From Eledone cirrhosa (taxonomy: Eukaryota): 64,000 nt of DNA. The position numbers were made by a program, and so were the translations under genes. The notes under the pieces were generated by a model that worked only from the letters and a program-made list of their open reading frames with translations, ran no database searches and had not been told where the DNA came from. The DNA is taken from contig OZ024741.1 of assembly GCA_964016885.1 (NCBI GenBank), positions 364,002,001-364,066,000 on the forward strand. Reading direction: 5' to 3'. Positions within the stretch are counted from its first letter, which is position 1; every line of letters starts with the position of its first letter. This document shows positions 25,201 through 38,560 of this stretch, piece by piece.

Positions 25201-28027
25201 AAAGCAGGTAACGAAGAGGGGTCACATTTAGAACACCTTTGATAATAGATATAAAAAAAAAAAACCTAACTATATTCTAACAATGTTCTAATTACCTGAA
25301 ATTTGTTATAAAAATATAGAATTCCACATATTTATATATATTATATATTTAAAAAAACAACAACGAAAATGTTCAGGCCTACTATTCGTTCTATCTGTAT
25401 GTTAACACACAGCTGGAACCAATAACAGGGATCTATCTACGTCGTGGTCGCTAGACCTGTTAGAAATAACAGCCTAATCTCCAAACCACGCCACATTTTG
25501 AAAAAAGACAAAAATGAACGACTCCTTGGGTAATGCAGTCTAAATTACACTATGAATGAAAAGAAAAAAAAAAGACGGAATAGGATGCAGTTGAAACATC
25601 TTTGATCATAAGTCTGTCCACTACAAGGGGTCCAATACGAGGTCGCTTGACCTGTTTCTCCATGAAATCACACGACACTGTCTTAAAGAAAACAAAAAAC
25701 GGACGACACATTGGATAATACAGTCTAAGATTTCATTATGAATCTAAAAAAAAAAAAAGACATGACGGGCACGGTTGGAACGACCAACGCCGGTCTAGGG
25801 ACAAATAAATAAATAAAATAAAAATGGGAAAATTTCGTATTTTTAGGAACGACTTCTGATTTCCAGGAAACTAGGCGGAAGTTACTGTTTATCGATGAAA
25901 TAGTAAATATTGATCAGATCCGATATAAAACTTCGTAGAACTCGCTTCCGTTCTAAGACGTAATAATATTGTTGTATAAAGCATTTACAATGTATTATAA
26001 ACATCCACATTTTTTTCTTTTCCCGACACACCCGGTAACTGATGAGTATGCTTTTAGACGGTCACTCGACCTGCAAGATAAACAGCCAATTTTCCTTCGA
26101 ATACACCCTACTGTTTAAAAAAAAAAAATAACACACAAACCAACAAGGGTGGCTTTAACACGTTTGCCCAGACTGCTAGATATAGCAACCAAATGTTCAT
26201 TAAATTATATCGCACCTTTAAAAAAGGACACATTGAACAATGTAGCTACAGATAATTGCAAAGGCGAGTGGTCACCACTAGAACACATTTGATCGCAGGT
26301 ATATTCAATAAGATGGGGGGGGGGGGGGGGTAAACAACAACTAGTTATGTTTTATAACTTGATGTTGTTCAGTAGTTTATTTTGGTGTTGGTTTGGAGAA
26401 TGTATGGAGTATATAATGGTACAGTTCTTTCTTTCACCATCCAATTTATAAGAAGTCAAAACTTACTAACCAATATTGAAAAAGAAATCGAAAGGTTAGG
26501 GGAAGAAATTATCAATTTTCGAATTAAAGAAGGGTAAGAAATAAATGTGGGTTTTCTTAACACTGAGAAAAACCGCCCTTTTTCTAATTAACTTATTGGA
26601 GAAAGGACAGATAAAAGTTATTTCTAGTTTTGAAATGTTATTTCCATACAATAACAACTATTAAGTTTGCATTAACCCACATCATATTATTGCGTTGGAA
26701 ATAAAGAATTTATGTTTTAAACGAAATTTGTTCGGTTTTGTCTCGTTTTTTTCTACATATAATTTTAATTACGATACAAAATACTGCTGCTTGATTTGTA
26801 GAAATGTTTTAAAGAGAAACAGATTAAAATATAGCCGTAAACAGTGTCCTAAATCAAACTTTTTCACTCACAAATGCTGTCAAATAACATTAAAGAAGCA
26901 TTTCGAGCAGATTTTAAATACCCTATGGGGAATTTTAATACAAGAAAATAGCACAGCCATCAAATTCCATTCACTACGAGGAAAGCCTCTACGCAATAAC
27001 ACGAACTGCGAGAAAATTCAGCAAGATTTCCCTCAAATTATACCTTAGAAGCTTTTAAAAAAAAAAAAAAAAAAAAAAAAAGGGAGGACACTTCAGATGC
27101 ATTGCCTGAGAAAACTGACTACATGGTCACGGCGAGAACGTCTTTGATCAGACATAGGCCTGCTCGATCAGGGATGCCCTGGAGCTAAGCAATATAAATA
27201 TTCACTATTCAGATAACCTAATTTATTTGTATTTTATTTAAAAAACAAACAAAATTTTTAAAGTTTTAAGAAAAAGAATGAATAAATAAAAAACCGAAGA
27301 AAAAAAAGAAAAATACTTAAGAAAATAGGTGCGACCGCAACATGACAAAGTTTTGTGTAAGTTAGTGAAAGATAACATTTATTTCACAAAATATTGGCTT
27401 CTGTTTTAGGCACAAGGCCAACAATTTTGGAGAGGAAATCGATTAGATCAACCCTAGTGTGTTACTGGTACTTTATTTTATCGACCCCGGAGGATGAAAG
27501 GCAAAGCTAACCTCGGCGGGATTCACAAAATACTAAAATTATTAGAACATGATTTCAATATTTGACTCCAGATATATATATATATATAAGTATAACGAAC
27601 TAGACAAATATATATATATATACATACACACAATTTGACAACACACGAAATTTTATACGGGAGAGAGAGAGTGTGCGATACATCTACTCGCGAGTTTGAA
27701 CTTATAAACAACATTAAAAAGTGTGGAGTTAATCAAATTACGAACCCGAAAACAACGAAAACAAAACAGTATACGAAGCGAACATTTGAGAAATAAAATA
27801 ATGAAATATAAAATCACAATGACAGCGAAATTACTTAAAGAAATCTATCTGGAATTATTTTTTATTACTGATATTTCTAGTGAAATTTAAAAAAAAGTAA
27901 TTAGCGTGAATTATTGCGACTGTTTATGGGCATCTAGCATCATAACAACAGTTATGGCAAATGGCGGGAGAAAAAGAAAAGCATGGGCTTCCCTTGTAGA
28001 GTGATAAAAATGGTGAAAGCAACTTAC

Positions 28028-28160
28028 CTAATAAAATAGTCAGTCCACAGAAATTTTAGGTAACTAAATTGGAAAGTCTCATGTATGAAAAATGGCTGCA
28101 AGTTGCTGTTTGAAAGTGGAGAGTCGAGTGGACTATAGAAGACGACTGTTGATTGGTTGA
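28028..28160 (-). promoter_or_regulatory. Putative promoter and non-coding first exon of the minus-strand host gene
   Basis: Consensus donor AG|GTAAGT (+ strand ACTTACCT, 28022-28029), CCAAT near 28152, YY1-like GCCAT motifs at ~28075 and ~27955-27968, locally more CpG in 23-28 kb. Confidence 0.45.
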
Positions 28161-28363
28161 AACTTTCGGGTAGTATTAATAACAAAATAAAAACAATAAA
28201 TATTGAAACAAACCTATAAATATAAAAAATAAAAACTTAATAGAAAAATTAAGCAAATACATTAAATAGAAAAGAAGAAAATTAAATAAAAATTAGATGA
28301 AATAGTAAATCAAAAAGAAAAACAAATGTTTTATTATAATTTCAACTCGTGATTTGTTCCAAA

Positions 28364-28616
<253 letters not shown>

Positions 28617-28845
28617 TAAACATTTGTGTGCATGTAGTTGTGTGTATATACTAATGGGTTTGTCAAGAATAGATGAATTTGTGAGAAATTTACCTTCCAA
28701 TGAAGTGCATAAGAACTCATCCAGTACATAGAAGTGAAAGAGCTGTTTAAGTCTGATATAGAAATATTCTCCAGAGAAATCTATAAAGTGGGAATATATG
28801 CAGGATGCACAGAAACAATTCCCTTTCACATATATGTATGCATGC

Positions 28846-29053
28846 TGCGAAGGGTTGCTGAAAAGTTAATGAGTTGGGTAAAAGAAAGTACCGGAGGATC
28901 AGTTAATTATGATTTTATTCTCCTCTCAGATTCACACACTTATTGCAGTGGTCCTTCAGTTTTTCTAAGTTCTGTAAACAGAACTCGGAAGGTTACCTCC
29001 AACCAAGCCTCTGTAGCAGCAACCACACAGGAACTTTTCAGCACCCCCTCATA
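28846..29053. mobile_element. Mariner-like MITE
   Basis: TIRs CGAAGGGTTGCTGAAAAGTT / AACTTTTCAGCACCCCCTCA, followed by TA. Confidence 0.7.
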
Positions 29054-29317
29054 TATGTATGTATCTTTGTTTGTTTTTTCCCTTCAATAAGGATAAGAAT
29101 ACAACAAAAATAGATAGACAGAACATTACATAAAGATAGATGTACAAATGCACTCTTTTCCAACTAGATGACATTGTGTAAAAGTAAACACCAAAATATG
29201 ACATGAGTTTGCATCTGTGCATAAACTGTTACCTGGACTTGATCCTGGTTTTGATTTTATTTTGTATATCATTACATATGATATAACAACTATTTGAGGC
29301 CAATTATTTTCCTCAGA

Positions 29318-29500
29318 TTGGCAGTATAGTAGAGTGTCAGACACCATGCTTTAAAGCATAGATTTATGGCCCTTTGCATTCTGAGTTCAAATCCTGCTGA
29401 GGTTAACTTTGCCTTTCTTCCTTACGGGGTCGATAAAATAAAGCACCAATAATGCACTGGGGTAATTGCTGGCCTTGTGCCCAAAGTAGAAACAATTATT
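29318..29500 (+). mobile_element. SINE family A
   Basis: B-box GAGTTCAAATCC, central domain, ATT tail. Confidence 0.8.
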
Positions 29501-30910
29501 TTTCTCAGACATCATGAAATTGTTGTGACAGGGGATGTGTTTTTACTGATATTATTTATTTTGTATACTTTATGATGTTTTTGATGATACAGGATTGAGT
29601 GGAATTAAAGTTTAATACTAGATTCTTGGAGTCAATACTCAGATTTTAATGCATAGGCATATATGTTCATAATGATGATGATGATGATGATGAATGAAGC
29701 TTGAGTGAAGTTTTTCACCGTTCCTAATTTTCTTCACATTCTTGTTAAACATATGTAAGATAAATAAAATGTCTTATATATCCAATCCAATCCAGGGACT
29801 TCTCGCTCCTGTTGGAGGAATCCCTCCCAAGCTGAGCTTCACCCATTCTGTTTGGTTTTGGGTCATGTCAGAGGTGTAGTCTTACTCACCACACTTGGCC
29901 AATTGCAGATTGGTGAGGCTATTTAACCCATAGTTGGAGTGGATGGCTGCTGACTCTGAGTTCATCCACCCTTTTAACAGCTCTTGTTTTATGTGCTGCT
30001 GGGGTTCCACTTACCCTCATCACCAGACCAGGGTCTGTTGGAGAAGCCAGTTTAGTTGCTGACCACTACACCATGAATCCGGTTGTACTGATCTAACATA
30101 AATACATATATAGGTCTTTCTTTTCTATCTTAGAGAAAAAATTCCCTCCTACTAATAAATACCATAGTATTTTTAATAAAAATGTAATTAAACTTTCATT
30201 CTCTACCACCCCTAATATTAGTTCTCATTTAGCTAGCACTAACAAAGGGAAAATTAGGGATGGATACTCCTCTCTACGTACTACTAGTCCAAATAGATCC
30301 ATAAATACCTTACCACCTGAGCAGACCTTATCTTATAGTAACCCTACGTGTGATGCATCACTACTTCAGCCGATCAATAGCACCCGGAAGTGTAACTGTA
30401 GAGTGAGTGCTAACTGCCCTTTAAACGGTAACTGCCTCTCTAAGAACATCGTTTACGCTTGTGTAGTTAAAACAAATTCCTCTAATAGCACATATATAGG
30501 CTCTACATCTAACACTTTTAAGACTAGGTTTAATTCTCATATCTCTAATTTTAAACATGTTAAGTTTAAGAATTCTACTTCTTTAGCACACCATATCTGG
30601 GATCTTAAGGGGGCTAATATACCATATAGCCTTAATTGGCGAATAGTAGCACGCTCTAATAACCTTTCAACACATACTAAATTTTGTAATCTCTGTATCC
30701 TTGAGACCCACTCTATAATTTTCTCTAGGGAAACCTTACTTAATAAAAAGTCTGGGATATTCTCTTCTTGCCGCCACGCCATTTCAAATTCTTACTTTTA
30801 TTATAAACCTAAAGGTTCTAGTAGTGTAAATTGTATCCATTAGCTGCTATATTCCCTTATCTTTTTAGTTTAGGTTCATTTTGTTTACCACCATCATTAT
30901 CATTATTATA

Positions 30911-31100
30911 TTGGCAGTATCGGTAGAGGGTCGGACGCCATGCTTTCCAGCAGAGTTACAGCCTTTTATGATCTGAGTTCAAATCCCGCCGAGGTTGACT
31001 TTGCCTTTCATCCTTACGGGGTCGATAAAATAAAGTACCAGTAATGCACTGGGTAATTGCTGGCCTTGTGCCTAAAGTAGAAACAATTATTATTATTATT
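30911..31100 (+). mobile_element. SINE family A (further copies at 27395-27525 -, 31891-32070 +, 43193-43397 +, 44560-44750 +, 50090-50275 -)
   Basis: TGGCAGTATCGGTAGAG A-box, GAGTTCAAATCCC B-box, (ATT)n tail. Confidence 0.88.
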
Positions 31101-32975
31101 GGTTTTTAACAGCTTTTCTTTCTAGTTTTCATAGTCCTTTGGCTAACATACCATATCTATATTATATTTTCACTATTAACACCTTATGAGTTTATATCTG
31201 ATTATATATTTTATTTTATATTATTTTATTTTATTTTATTTGGATTCTTCTTTGGATAATTACCCACCCCCTCCCCCACACACACACACACTTGTCATTC
31301 GCCCCTTCAAATATACTATAATTATATTCAATTCCCTTTTATGCTCCTTTCTATTGTATAATACAGTATATTGATTATGATTTTATGCTCTTTCGTATCC
31401 TCCATACATTTCTTTTTTCTGTCCCCATTGGCCTACCATAATTCTACTTAAAGTCCGTTTATTAGATAACGTTATTCAACTGATGGTAGAATATTTCATT
31501 CTTTTCCAGATATTTTTAAAGTGATATCTTAAACTTTAGAGTTTTTGATTACTTAAACCATAGCTAATTTTGTATTGACTTATTATGTATTTTGAATACT
31601 TTCAATATTAATTAATTTAATAGGGTTTTCTAGTCATTTATCCGGGTTTGTTTCCTAAATTTTTTTACTTAACTGCATGTGACACCTAAGTAAATACTTT
31701 TGTTTTTGTTTTTCGATTTCCGGTTGATTTTATTTATATATTTATACTACCGTGCGTAGTTTTCTGTCTGGTTCTTATTCACTTATTCACAAATGTCTGT
31801 CCACCAACCACGTAATTATGTATATTATACTATGTTTAATATTTTATATTGAAATTTTTATATCATTCCACTCTTTGTAAACGTACTACTGGGCAGTATC
31901 GGTAGAGGGTTTGACGCCATGCTTTCCAGCATAGTTACGTCCCTTTATGATCTGAGTTCAAATCCCGCCGAGGTTGACTTTGCCTTTCATCCTTACGGGG
32001 TCGATAAAATAAAGTACCAGTAATGCACTGTGTAATTGCTGGCCTTGTGCCTAAAGTAGAAACAATTATTTACCGATTATTAAATGTACCATTATGTTAT
32101 GTTAAATTTTGTAAATTCTGTAATATGTTTATATTTTTATAATTTTTGTAATGTTTGGATAATATTTTTTTACACCAATTGTAGAGAAATGTGACCTCCA
32201 TCTGTTTTCTTGCAATGGTTTTGATATTTTTCCAACATAATTTTTCCAACATAATTTAGTTCTGTACAATATTTTTTTTCTCACCCGGTCTGTAACTCTA
32301 TATGATTTGTTAAGTTATATGCCATTATATTATAATATTGTTATTATAGTGTTATTGTAACATTTATATTGTTTGTGCAAATTAACCGGAGATTATCTAT
32401 TATATAATTATATAGTTTATTATATATTATATGTTTACTTTTAATCATTTATTCTTCATTTTATACTGTAAATAATATATGTTTTATATTTTTATTTTTA
32501 TTTTTATCTTTATTTTTATTCTTATTATTCTTATTAATCTTATTTATATTTAAACTCTTAATAAGGGTTAGTTTGTGCTTGTATTGATGGAAATGTGTAT
32601 TGATATATATGTATATATGTGTACATATGTATATATATATATATATGTATATTGGGCCTTTTAATATTATTATTATTATTATCATTATCAATTATATTAT
32701 ATTATATTATATTATATTATATTATATTATATTATATTATATTATATTATATTATATATAGTACAATAATTCCCGCTCTATATCACCACCTTTGTTTAGC
32801 TTTAGTTTTTGCATTGGACTATATTTGTAATATGGTTCAAAATGTTATTCACTTCCTTAGCAATTTTTACTTGATAATTTTTACCCGATAATTTTCTTAT
32901 GCTTTAATGTATGTACACTCCATATTCTTCTGAGTTTTTGGCTTGTATTGGCCGATAGTGCTTCTTATAGCTTTA

Positions 32976-33020
32976 ATTGCCCTGATGAGTCCTTAATAGG
33001 ACGAAACATTGTTGGCTAAT
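32976..33020 (+). ncRNA. Minimal type I hammerhead ribozyme at the PLE 3' end
   Basis: GCC-CTGATGA-GTCC-TTAATA-GGAC-GAAAC-ATT-GTT-GGC-TAATAAA. Identical to 14083-14126 except GUU in place of GUC. Confidence 0.9.
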
Positions 33021-33172
33021 AAAGACTTTTGATGTATTGAAGGCTTCTTTGGTTTATTTTCATAATTCTTCGGCTCTGTTTAATTACATTGAGCTATACT
33101 TTTACTGTCATTTCCATAATACCAAGAGGGTGTTTAACTCCAACACACTCTAGTATTTTAATTCTTAATTCT

Positions 33173-33207
<35 letters not shown>

Positions 33208-33351
33208 ATATAAGTGGAGGCTTAGTAAAATCGAATCTTTGGCTGTGGGCAAGCAAAGTCGACCTACAATATGAATGAGTTAGCAAAGCACTCAATAAGG
33301 GTCCTTAGAGTATATAAAGGTCAATAAAGGTCCTTAGAGTATATATATACA

Positions 33352-33500
33352 TAGGAAAAGAGTCAGGACCCCAATGGCTGAGCTCCGGCTGTTTCGACAG
33401 CTAGATCCGAACGTTCAGATCTAGCTGTCGAAGTATCGAGTATCGAGTACTCTGATGCGTTATGGTCAACCTGGTTTCTTACCACACTTTCCTTGTTATA
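33352..33500. repeat. Short hairpin element in (TA)n; same family as 34811-35010
   Basis: Hairpin 33393-33432; shared GGACCCC..GGCTGAGCTC and GCGTTATGGTC.ACCTGG segments. Confidence 0.75.
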
Positions 33501-33509
33501 TATTTATAT

Positions 33510-33542
<33 letters not shown>

Positions 33543-33554
33543 TATATATACATA

Positions 33555-34400
33555 TCATCATCATCATCATCATCATCGTTTAACGTCCATGTTCCACGCT
33601 TGCATGGGTTTGGACGGGAGTTTTCCCACTTGAGGCAAGAGTGATTGTCTTGCTCGCATAGGACTGTCTGGCGGGTTTTCTACAGCTGGATGCCTTTCTT
33701 AACACCAACCACATTTACAGTGTGGGTCTGGGAGGTTTTTACCGTGTTGCCTACACGGCCACATTACAGCGTGGACTGTGTGTATTTTTGTCGTGACACC
33801 TACACGATCTCATTTGTTTCGGCCTGGATGTTGTGGCACCAACATAACTTTACATTGAAAGGGGCGGTGTGGATGGGGGTGGTGGTGGTGGGACGGGGGG
33901 GGGGATGTTTTGTTAGAGATGCCTACTGACTGTAGTAGGTTTTTACTTTGTATTTAGGTAAGGCGGGTCTTCTCTATTACTGAGTACCGCCAAAGGTCTC
34001 GGTCCAGTGACATTGTCTTGGAGAGGTGTAAGTGTGTGAGGTCGGAATTTATCAGCTCGTCCCAGGTTTTTCTGGGTCTGCCTACTCCGTGGCTACCGTC
34101 TATCTTTATTGCCCTGCACTTTGTTATACAGCTGTCGTCTTTCATGCGCATCACGTGACCATACCAACGTAGCCTTCTCTCGAGTAAACAACATCTGATC
34201 CCTCTTATTTCTAATTTTTTCCTTAGTTCGTTTATGCTTTGCCATTCACGTATATTACTATTACACATCCAGCGGAGCATGCAAGCTTCGTTCCTCTCTA
34301 GTCTGCGTATATCCTCTGCACACAATGCCCAGGTCTCACTGCCATGCAACATTGCTGATCGTATGCAGGCATCATACAACCTGCCTTTCATTTTTAGGGA
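33555..34400 (-). mobile_element. RTE LINE 3' fragment (young)
   Basis: ORF 33954-34451 is near-identical to 2210-2652; (CAT)n tail on the + strand. Confidence 0.92.
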
Positions 34401-34441
34401 GGATATATATATATATATACATACACACATATATATATATT

Positions 34442-34772
34442 GGAGGCACATGGCTTAGTGGTTAGAGCATTGGCCTTGCAATCGAAAGGTTGTGAGTTCA
34501 ATTCTCAGACCGGGTGATGTGTTGTTTCCTTGAGCAAGACACTTTATTTCACATTGCTCCAGTTTACTCAGCTGTAGAAATGAGATGATAGGACCGGGGT
34601 CCCTATCATTCCACTGCAAAGTGGTCGTGGAGGTGCCACGGCAAAAAAGCACCCAGCACTCACTGTAAATGAGGTTGGTGTTAGGAAGGGCATCCAGCTG
34701 TAGAAAGCAAGCCAAAATCAGTTCCCGTCCCACCCTTGCAAGCAGGGAAAAAGCGGACATAAAATGAAATGA

Positions 34773-34775
<3 letters not shown>
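34442..34775 (+). mobile_element. tRNA-derived SINE family B with RTE-derived tail (copies at 37283-37616 -, 46981-47312 +, 38910-39183 truncated)
   Basis: A-box TGGCTTAGTGGTTAG, B-box GAGTTCAATTC, CCTTGAGCAAGACACTT core; 3' end shared with the RTE tail. Confidence 0.88.
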
Positions 34776-34810
<35 letters not shown>

Positions 34811-34815
<5 letters not shown>

Positions 34816-35010
34816 AACGAGTAGGACCCCGACGGCTGAGCTCAAGCCATTTCGACGGCTAATTCTGGACTAACCAGAATTAGCCGTTGAAACGGCTTCA
34901 GCTCAGCCGTCGGGGTCCTACTCGTTCCTATTACCCACTCTACTACTCTAAGTATTGAGTACTTTGGTGCGTTATGGTCCACCTGGTTCCTTACCACATT
35001 TCCTCCGTTA
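34811..35010. repeat. Near-perfect 121-nt palindrome (34811-34931) containing a hammerhead 3' half
   Basis: ATAGGAACGAG... / ...CTCGTTCCTAT; GAAAC-GGCT-TCAGCTC-AGCC-GTC at 34889-34911. Confidence 0.85.
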
Positions 35011-35014
35011 TATA

Positions 35015-35047
<33 letters not shown>

Positions 35048-35048
35048 C

Positions 35049-35318
35049 GTAAGCTATCGCCGTATTTTGATTAAAGAAATTAAAGAAATTATTTAGCCTG
35101 ATAGTGGGGTTAAGAACCCTCGAAGAAATGGAAAAAGATGAGTATTGACGTACATGGGAGTCGAACCCACATCTTTGGTTATCCGGACCACTGTGCTACC
35201 ATTTACACCAACACAACGTCAATACACATCCTTTTCCATTTCTCCGACGGTTCTTAACCCCACTATCAGGCTAAATAATTTCTTTAATTTCTTTAGTCAA
35301 AATACGGTGATAGCTTAC
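35049..35318. repeat. Fold-back element with ~100-bp arms
   Basis: Arms 35049-35151 and 35216-35318 are reverse complements; flanked by (TA)n. Confidence 0.9.
35146..35217 (-). pseudogene. tRNA-like cloverleaf (72 nt), probably tRNA-derived
   Basis: D arm GTGT-AAATGGTA-GCAC, anticodon arm TGGT-CCGGATA-ACCA (C33, non-canonical), T arm GTGGG-TTCGACT-CCCAT, wobble-rich acceptor stem. Confidence 0.7.
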
Positions 35319-35407
35319 ATTTCTAATAATTTCAAACCCACTCGCTGTTTCGAAAGTATTCTTACATATATATATATACATATATATATAAGTGTATATA
35401 TATAAAA

Positions 35408-35972
35408 TCATCATCATCATTATCGTTTAACGTCTATCTTCCACGCTAGCATGGGTTAGACGGGAGTTGTCCCACTTGAGGCAAGATTGGTCGGGTGACC
35501 GTGTCTCGCTCGTATAGGACCATCTAGCAGGTTTTCTACGGCTGGTGCCCTTCCTAACACCAACCATTTATAGTGTGGACTGGGAACTTTTTACCGTGTT
35601 ACCTACACGGCCACATTACAGTGGACTGTGTTTTTTTGTCATGACACCTACACAATCTCATTAGTTTGGACTGGATATTGTGGTACCAACATAACCATAT
35701 AGAGAAAGGGTGGTGTTGGCGGGAGTGGGAGGATGGAGTGGGGGTAGTGGGTTGGGGTGTGTTTGGTTTGGAGGGGCCTACTAACTGTAGGTTAACTTTG
35801 CACGTACAGAAGGCGGGTCTTCTGTAATACTGCGTCCCGCCAAAGATCTCGATCCAGTGACATTGTCTTAGAGAGGTGCAAGTGTGCAAGGTCGGACTTT
35901 ATCATGTTGTCCCAGGTTTTTCTGAGTCTACCTACTCCGTAACTTCCCTCAATTTTGATCGCCCTGCACTTT
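35408..35972 (-). mobile_element. RTE LINE 3' fragment
   Basis: Homologous to 33555-34120. Confidence 0.85.
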
Positions 35973-35996
35973 TATATATATATATATATATATATA

Positions 35997-36685
35997 CTAG
36001 CAGTAAAGCCCGGCGTTGCTCGGGGTCGCTCAGTAGCTGTGTTAAAGTTACAATGTTAAGTTTCTTTTTTGGCTTAAAAACTGTAGTGTCTACTGTGCAG
36101 ACTTGCATGTGGTGTTTTTGATTAATATTCCCTCAACCAACAATATGCCTTATGAAGTTAAGAAAACATAACGATAACCCGAATGTTATAACAAAAGAGG
36201 AAATATTTGCTTGTTTTACGTAGTCTTTAAATAGACTTGTTTTCAAGTAAAAATATTGTTTTAAAAGGCTTTTAAATGGAAATGAAGCAAAACGGAAGCT
36301 TAGTGTTCGAACTGATGAATTTTGCAGGTCAAAATTTTGCTGGCTCGACAACTGTTCGTGTATTGTGTTAATGTCATTTTAAACGCTGAGAAAGCCAGCG
36401 TAATTTTTTTTATTTTTTCACGCAGAAAATGTAAACAGAACGTAAGACGCTCAATGTAAACAGAACAAAGGGAAATAACTCGTCACTTACGCTCAAAAAT
36501 CGATACATTAGATTCGATTTCGTCACATAGGGTGGGTCAATTTGAAATATTTTTTTTCCGATGTCTTCGCTAGGGCTCAATGTACAAGTATAGCAATTTC
36601 GGTGCAATTCCGTCAGAGATTCTAAGAGGAGATGTGTGCCAAAAATCGATAGACAGACAGACAACCACAGCTTTATATATATAGA
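35997..36685 (-). mobile_element. Non-autonomous Helitron
   Basis: Minus strand starts A|TCTATATATATAAAG, has a (CTGT)n tract, and ends with hairpin CCCGAGCAACGCCGGG and CTAG|T. Confidence 0.8.
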
Positions 36686-37632
36686 TATACAGTGGCGGAC
36701 TGGGTCTAAAAATATTGGTTGCCAGGAGATAAAGGGGGCCCACCCATATATAGAATGCTATCGTTTGATTTTTATAATGAATAAATAACATTTTCAAAAG
36801 ATACATAAGTGAAAACAAAAGAGTGCAATCAAATTTTTGAGGAAAAATGTTTGTTTTTTTTTACTAATTATAGTGTATATATACTATACATATTACTGGC
36901 AATATACAGTAATACTAAATGTTAATACAGAATGTTATAATTGAAGTTTTAAATAATTGTGAATGTATATAGTATACTGTCTTACCTTCTCCAATAAAAA
37001 GTATACACATCCAGGGACTTTCAATAATGACTTTTGGTCTTTCACATTCACTCAATATATATATCTGGGAGTGTGTGTATGTGTGTTCATGTACATGTGT
37101 ATATATAGATTTATATGTATACATACATGTTTTCAACTTGTACAAACATTATTTTACTCATTCTCCCTAAGGACTTTAGACTAAAGAACTGACCACTAAT
37201 TGATTTTACATATATATGTCTTTAATCCACCAGCTCATGATAGCTTGTGTGTATGTGTAAGTATATATATATATATATCAAGATCATCATCATTTTGCGT
37301 CCGCTTTTCCCTGCTTGCAAGGGTGGGACGGTGACTGACTCTGGTTTGATTTCTACAGCTGGATGCCCTTCCTAATACCAACCTCATTTACAATGAGTGC
37401 TGGGTGCTTTTTTGCCGTGGCACCTCCATGACCACTTTGCAGTGGAATGATATGGACCCCTGTCCCTATCATCTCATTTCTACAGCTGAGTAAACTGGAG
37501 CAATGTGAAATAAAGTGTCTTGCTCAAGGAAACAACACATCACCCAGTCTGAGAATTGAACTCACAACCTTTCGATTGCAAGGTCAATGCTCTAACCACT
37601 AAGCCATGTGCCTCCATATATATATATATATA

Positions 37633-38256
37633 CAGGGTGCGGACGATATTTGTTCGCAATTTTCAACTGCTAATTTTATGCAAATTTTTTTTACTTCTGG
37701 TGTCACTCTTGTCTTTATAAAAACAGTGACTATATTTCCATTATTTATTTTCAGAATAATTGATTATGAATAATTTTGGTAGTAAAGCCTTGAATCGACC
37801 AGGTAGCTGCAGGTAGGCTGTACGTGTGGCAGCGAGACTCAGCGCCCTGCCATACCAGCTGAAAGACCCAAGCCTGGTTGTCAGAGAACTTCGTCGACCA
37901 CACTTCACCTGACATCTGGCCTCCCAGCTTGCCTGACTGCAACCCCCTCGACTTCTTTGTGTGGGGCGCAGTGGAACGAGACACCAAGAGATCTAGCTGC
38001 AATACGAAAGACGATCTGAAGACCAGGATCACAAGTGCCTTTAGGGGCCTAAGTTGGGGGACAGTGACGAAGGCCTGTAGCCGGTTCCGAGGCCACCTTG
38101 AGGCCGTCATCAAAGCCAATGGCGGGTTTATCGAGTGAGATCGAAAGAACAAGTCATGAAGACAAACTGACCCAAGTTTGATAAATAAATCTTAAAAAAT
38201 AAAACTACTGTGTTATTTTTTCCTAGACAGTAATATAGACAAATATTGTCCGCACC

Positions 38257-38259
<3 letters not shown>
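37633..38259 (+). mobile_element. Second deleted DD37D (maT) copy
   Basis: TA-flanked TIRs CAGGGTGCGGAC; WPPSLPDCNPLDFFVWG; 37 residues between the 2nd and 3rd Asp positions. Confidence 0.9.
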
Positions 38260-38325
<66 letters not shown>

Positions 38326-38560
38326 AAAACCCATGCTGGCGTGGAAGATAGATGTTAAACGATGATGATGATGATGATATATATATATATATAAGGGATA
38401 ACAAAATATCGTTATAGGCAATCCAGTTAGAGGTTGTGAATACTTCGTATTATGGATAGTTTTAGCATACAGCGTTGTTTGACTCAACAAGGGGTTTACG
38501 TACATGGTGAGTTTATGATTTCACTTGCATTCCTATGGAAGTTTATCTTGGAGTAATAAA

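Larger units (their letters stand above)
30110..33175 (+). mobile_element. 5'-truncated Penelope-like element: GIY-YIG domain and long AT-rich 3' UTR/pLTR with hammerhead; two SINEs nested
   Basis: ORF 30403-30843: CNCR...CPLNG.C, IVY, TYIGST, FK.R..H, STSLA.H, CNLC..E, LLNK, CRH. Hammerhead at 32976-33020; ends at (TA)n. Confidence 0.85.

Noticed and set aside
26039-26075. CTGATGAG as a hammerhead core
   Set aside because: No stem II or GAAA follows; it adjoins a common dispersed repeat.
34442-34515. Functional tRNA gene
   Set aside because: It is the head of a multi-copy SINE with no proper acceptor stem.
36690-36760. DNA transposon starting CAGTGGCGGACTG
   Set aside because: No matching right TIR found.
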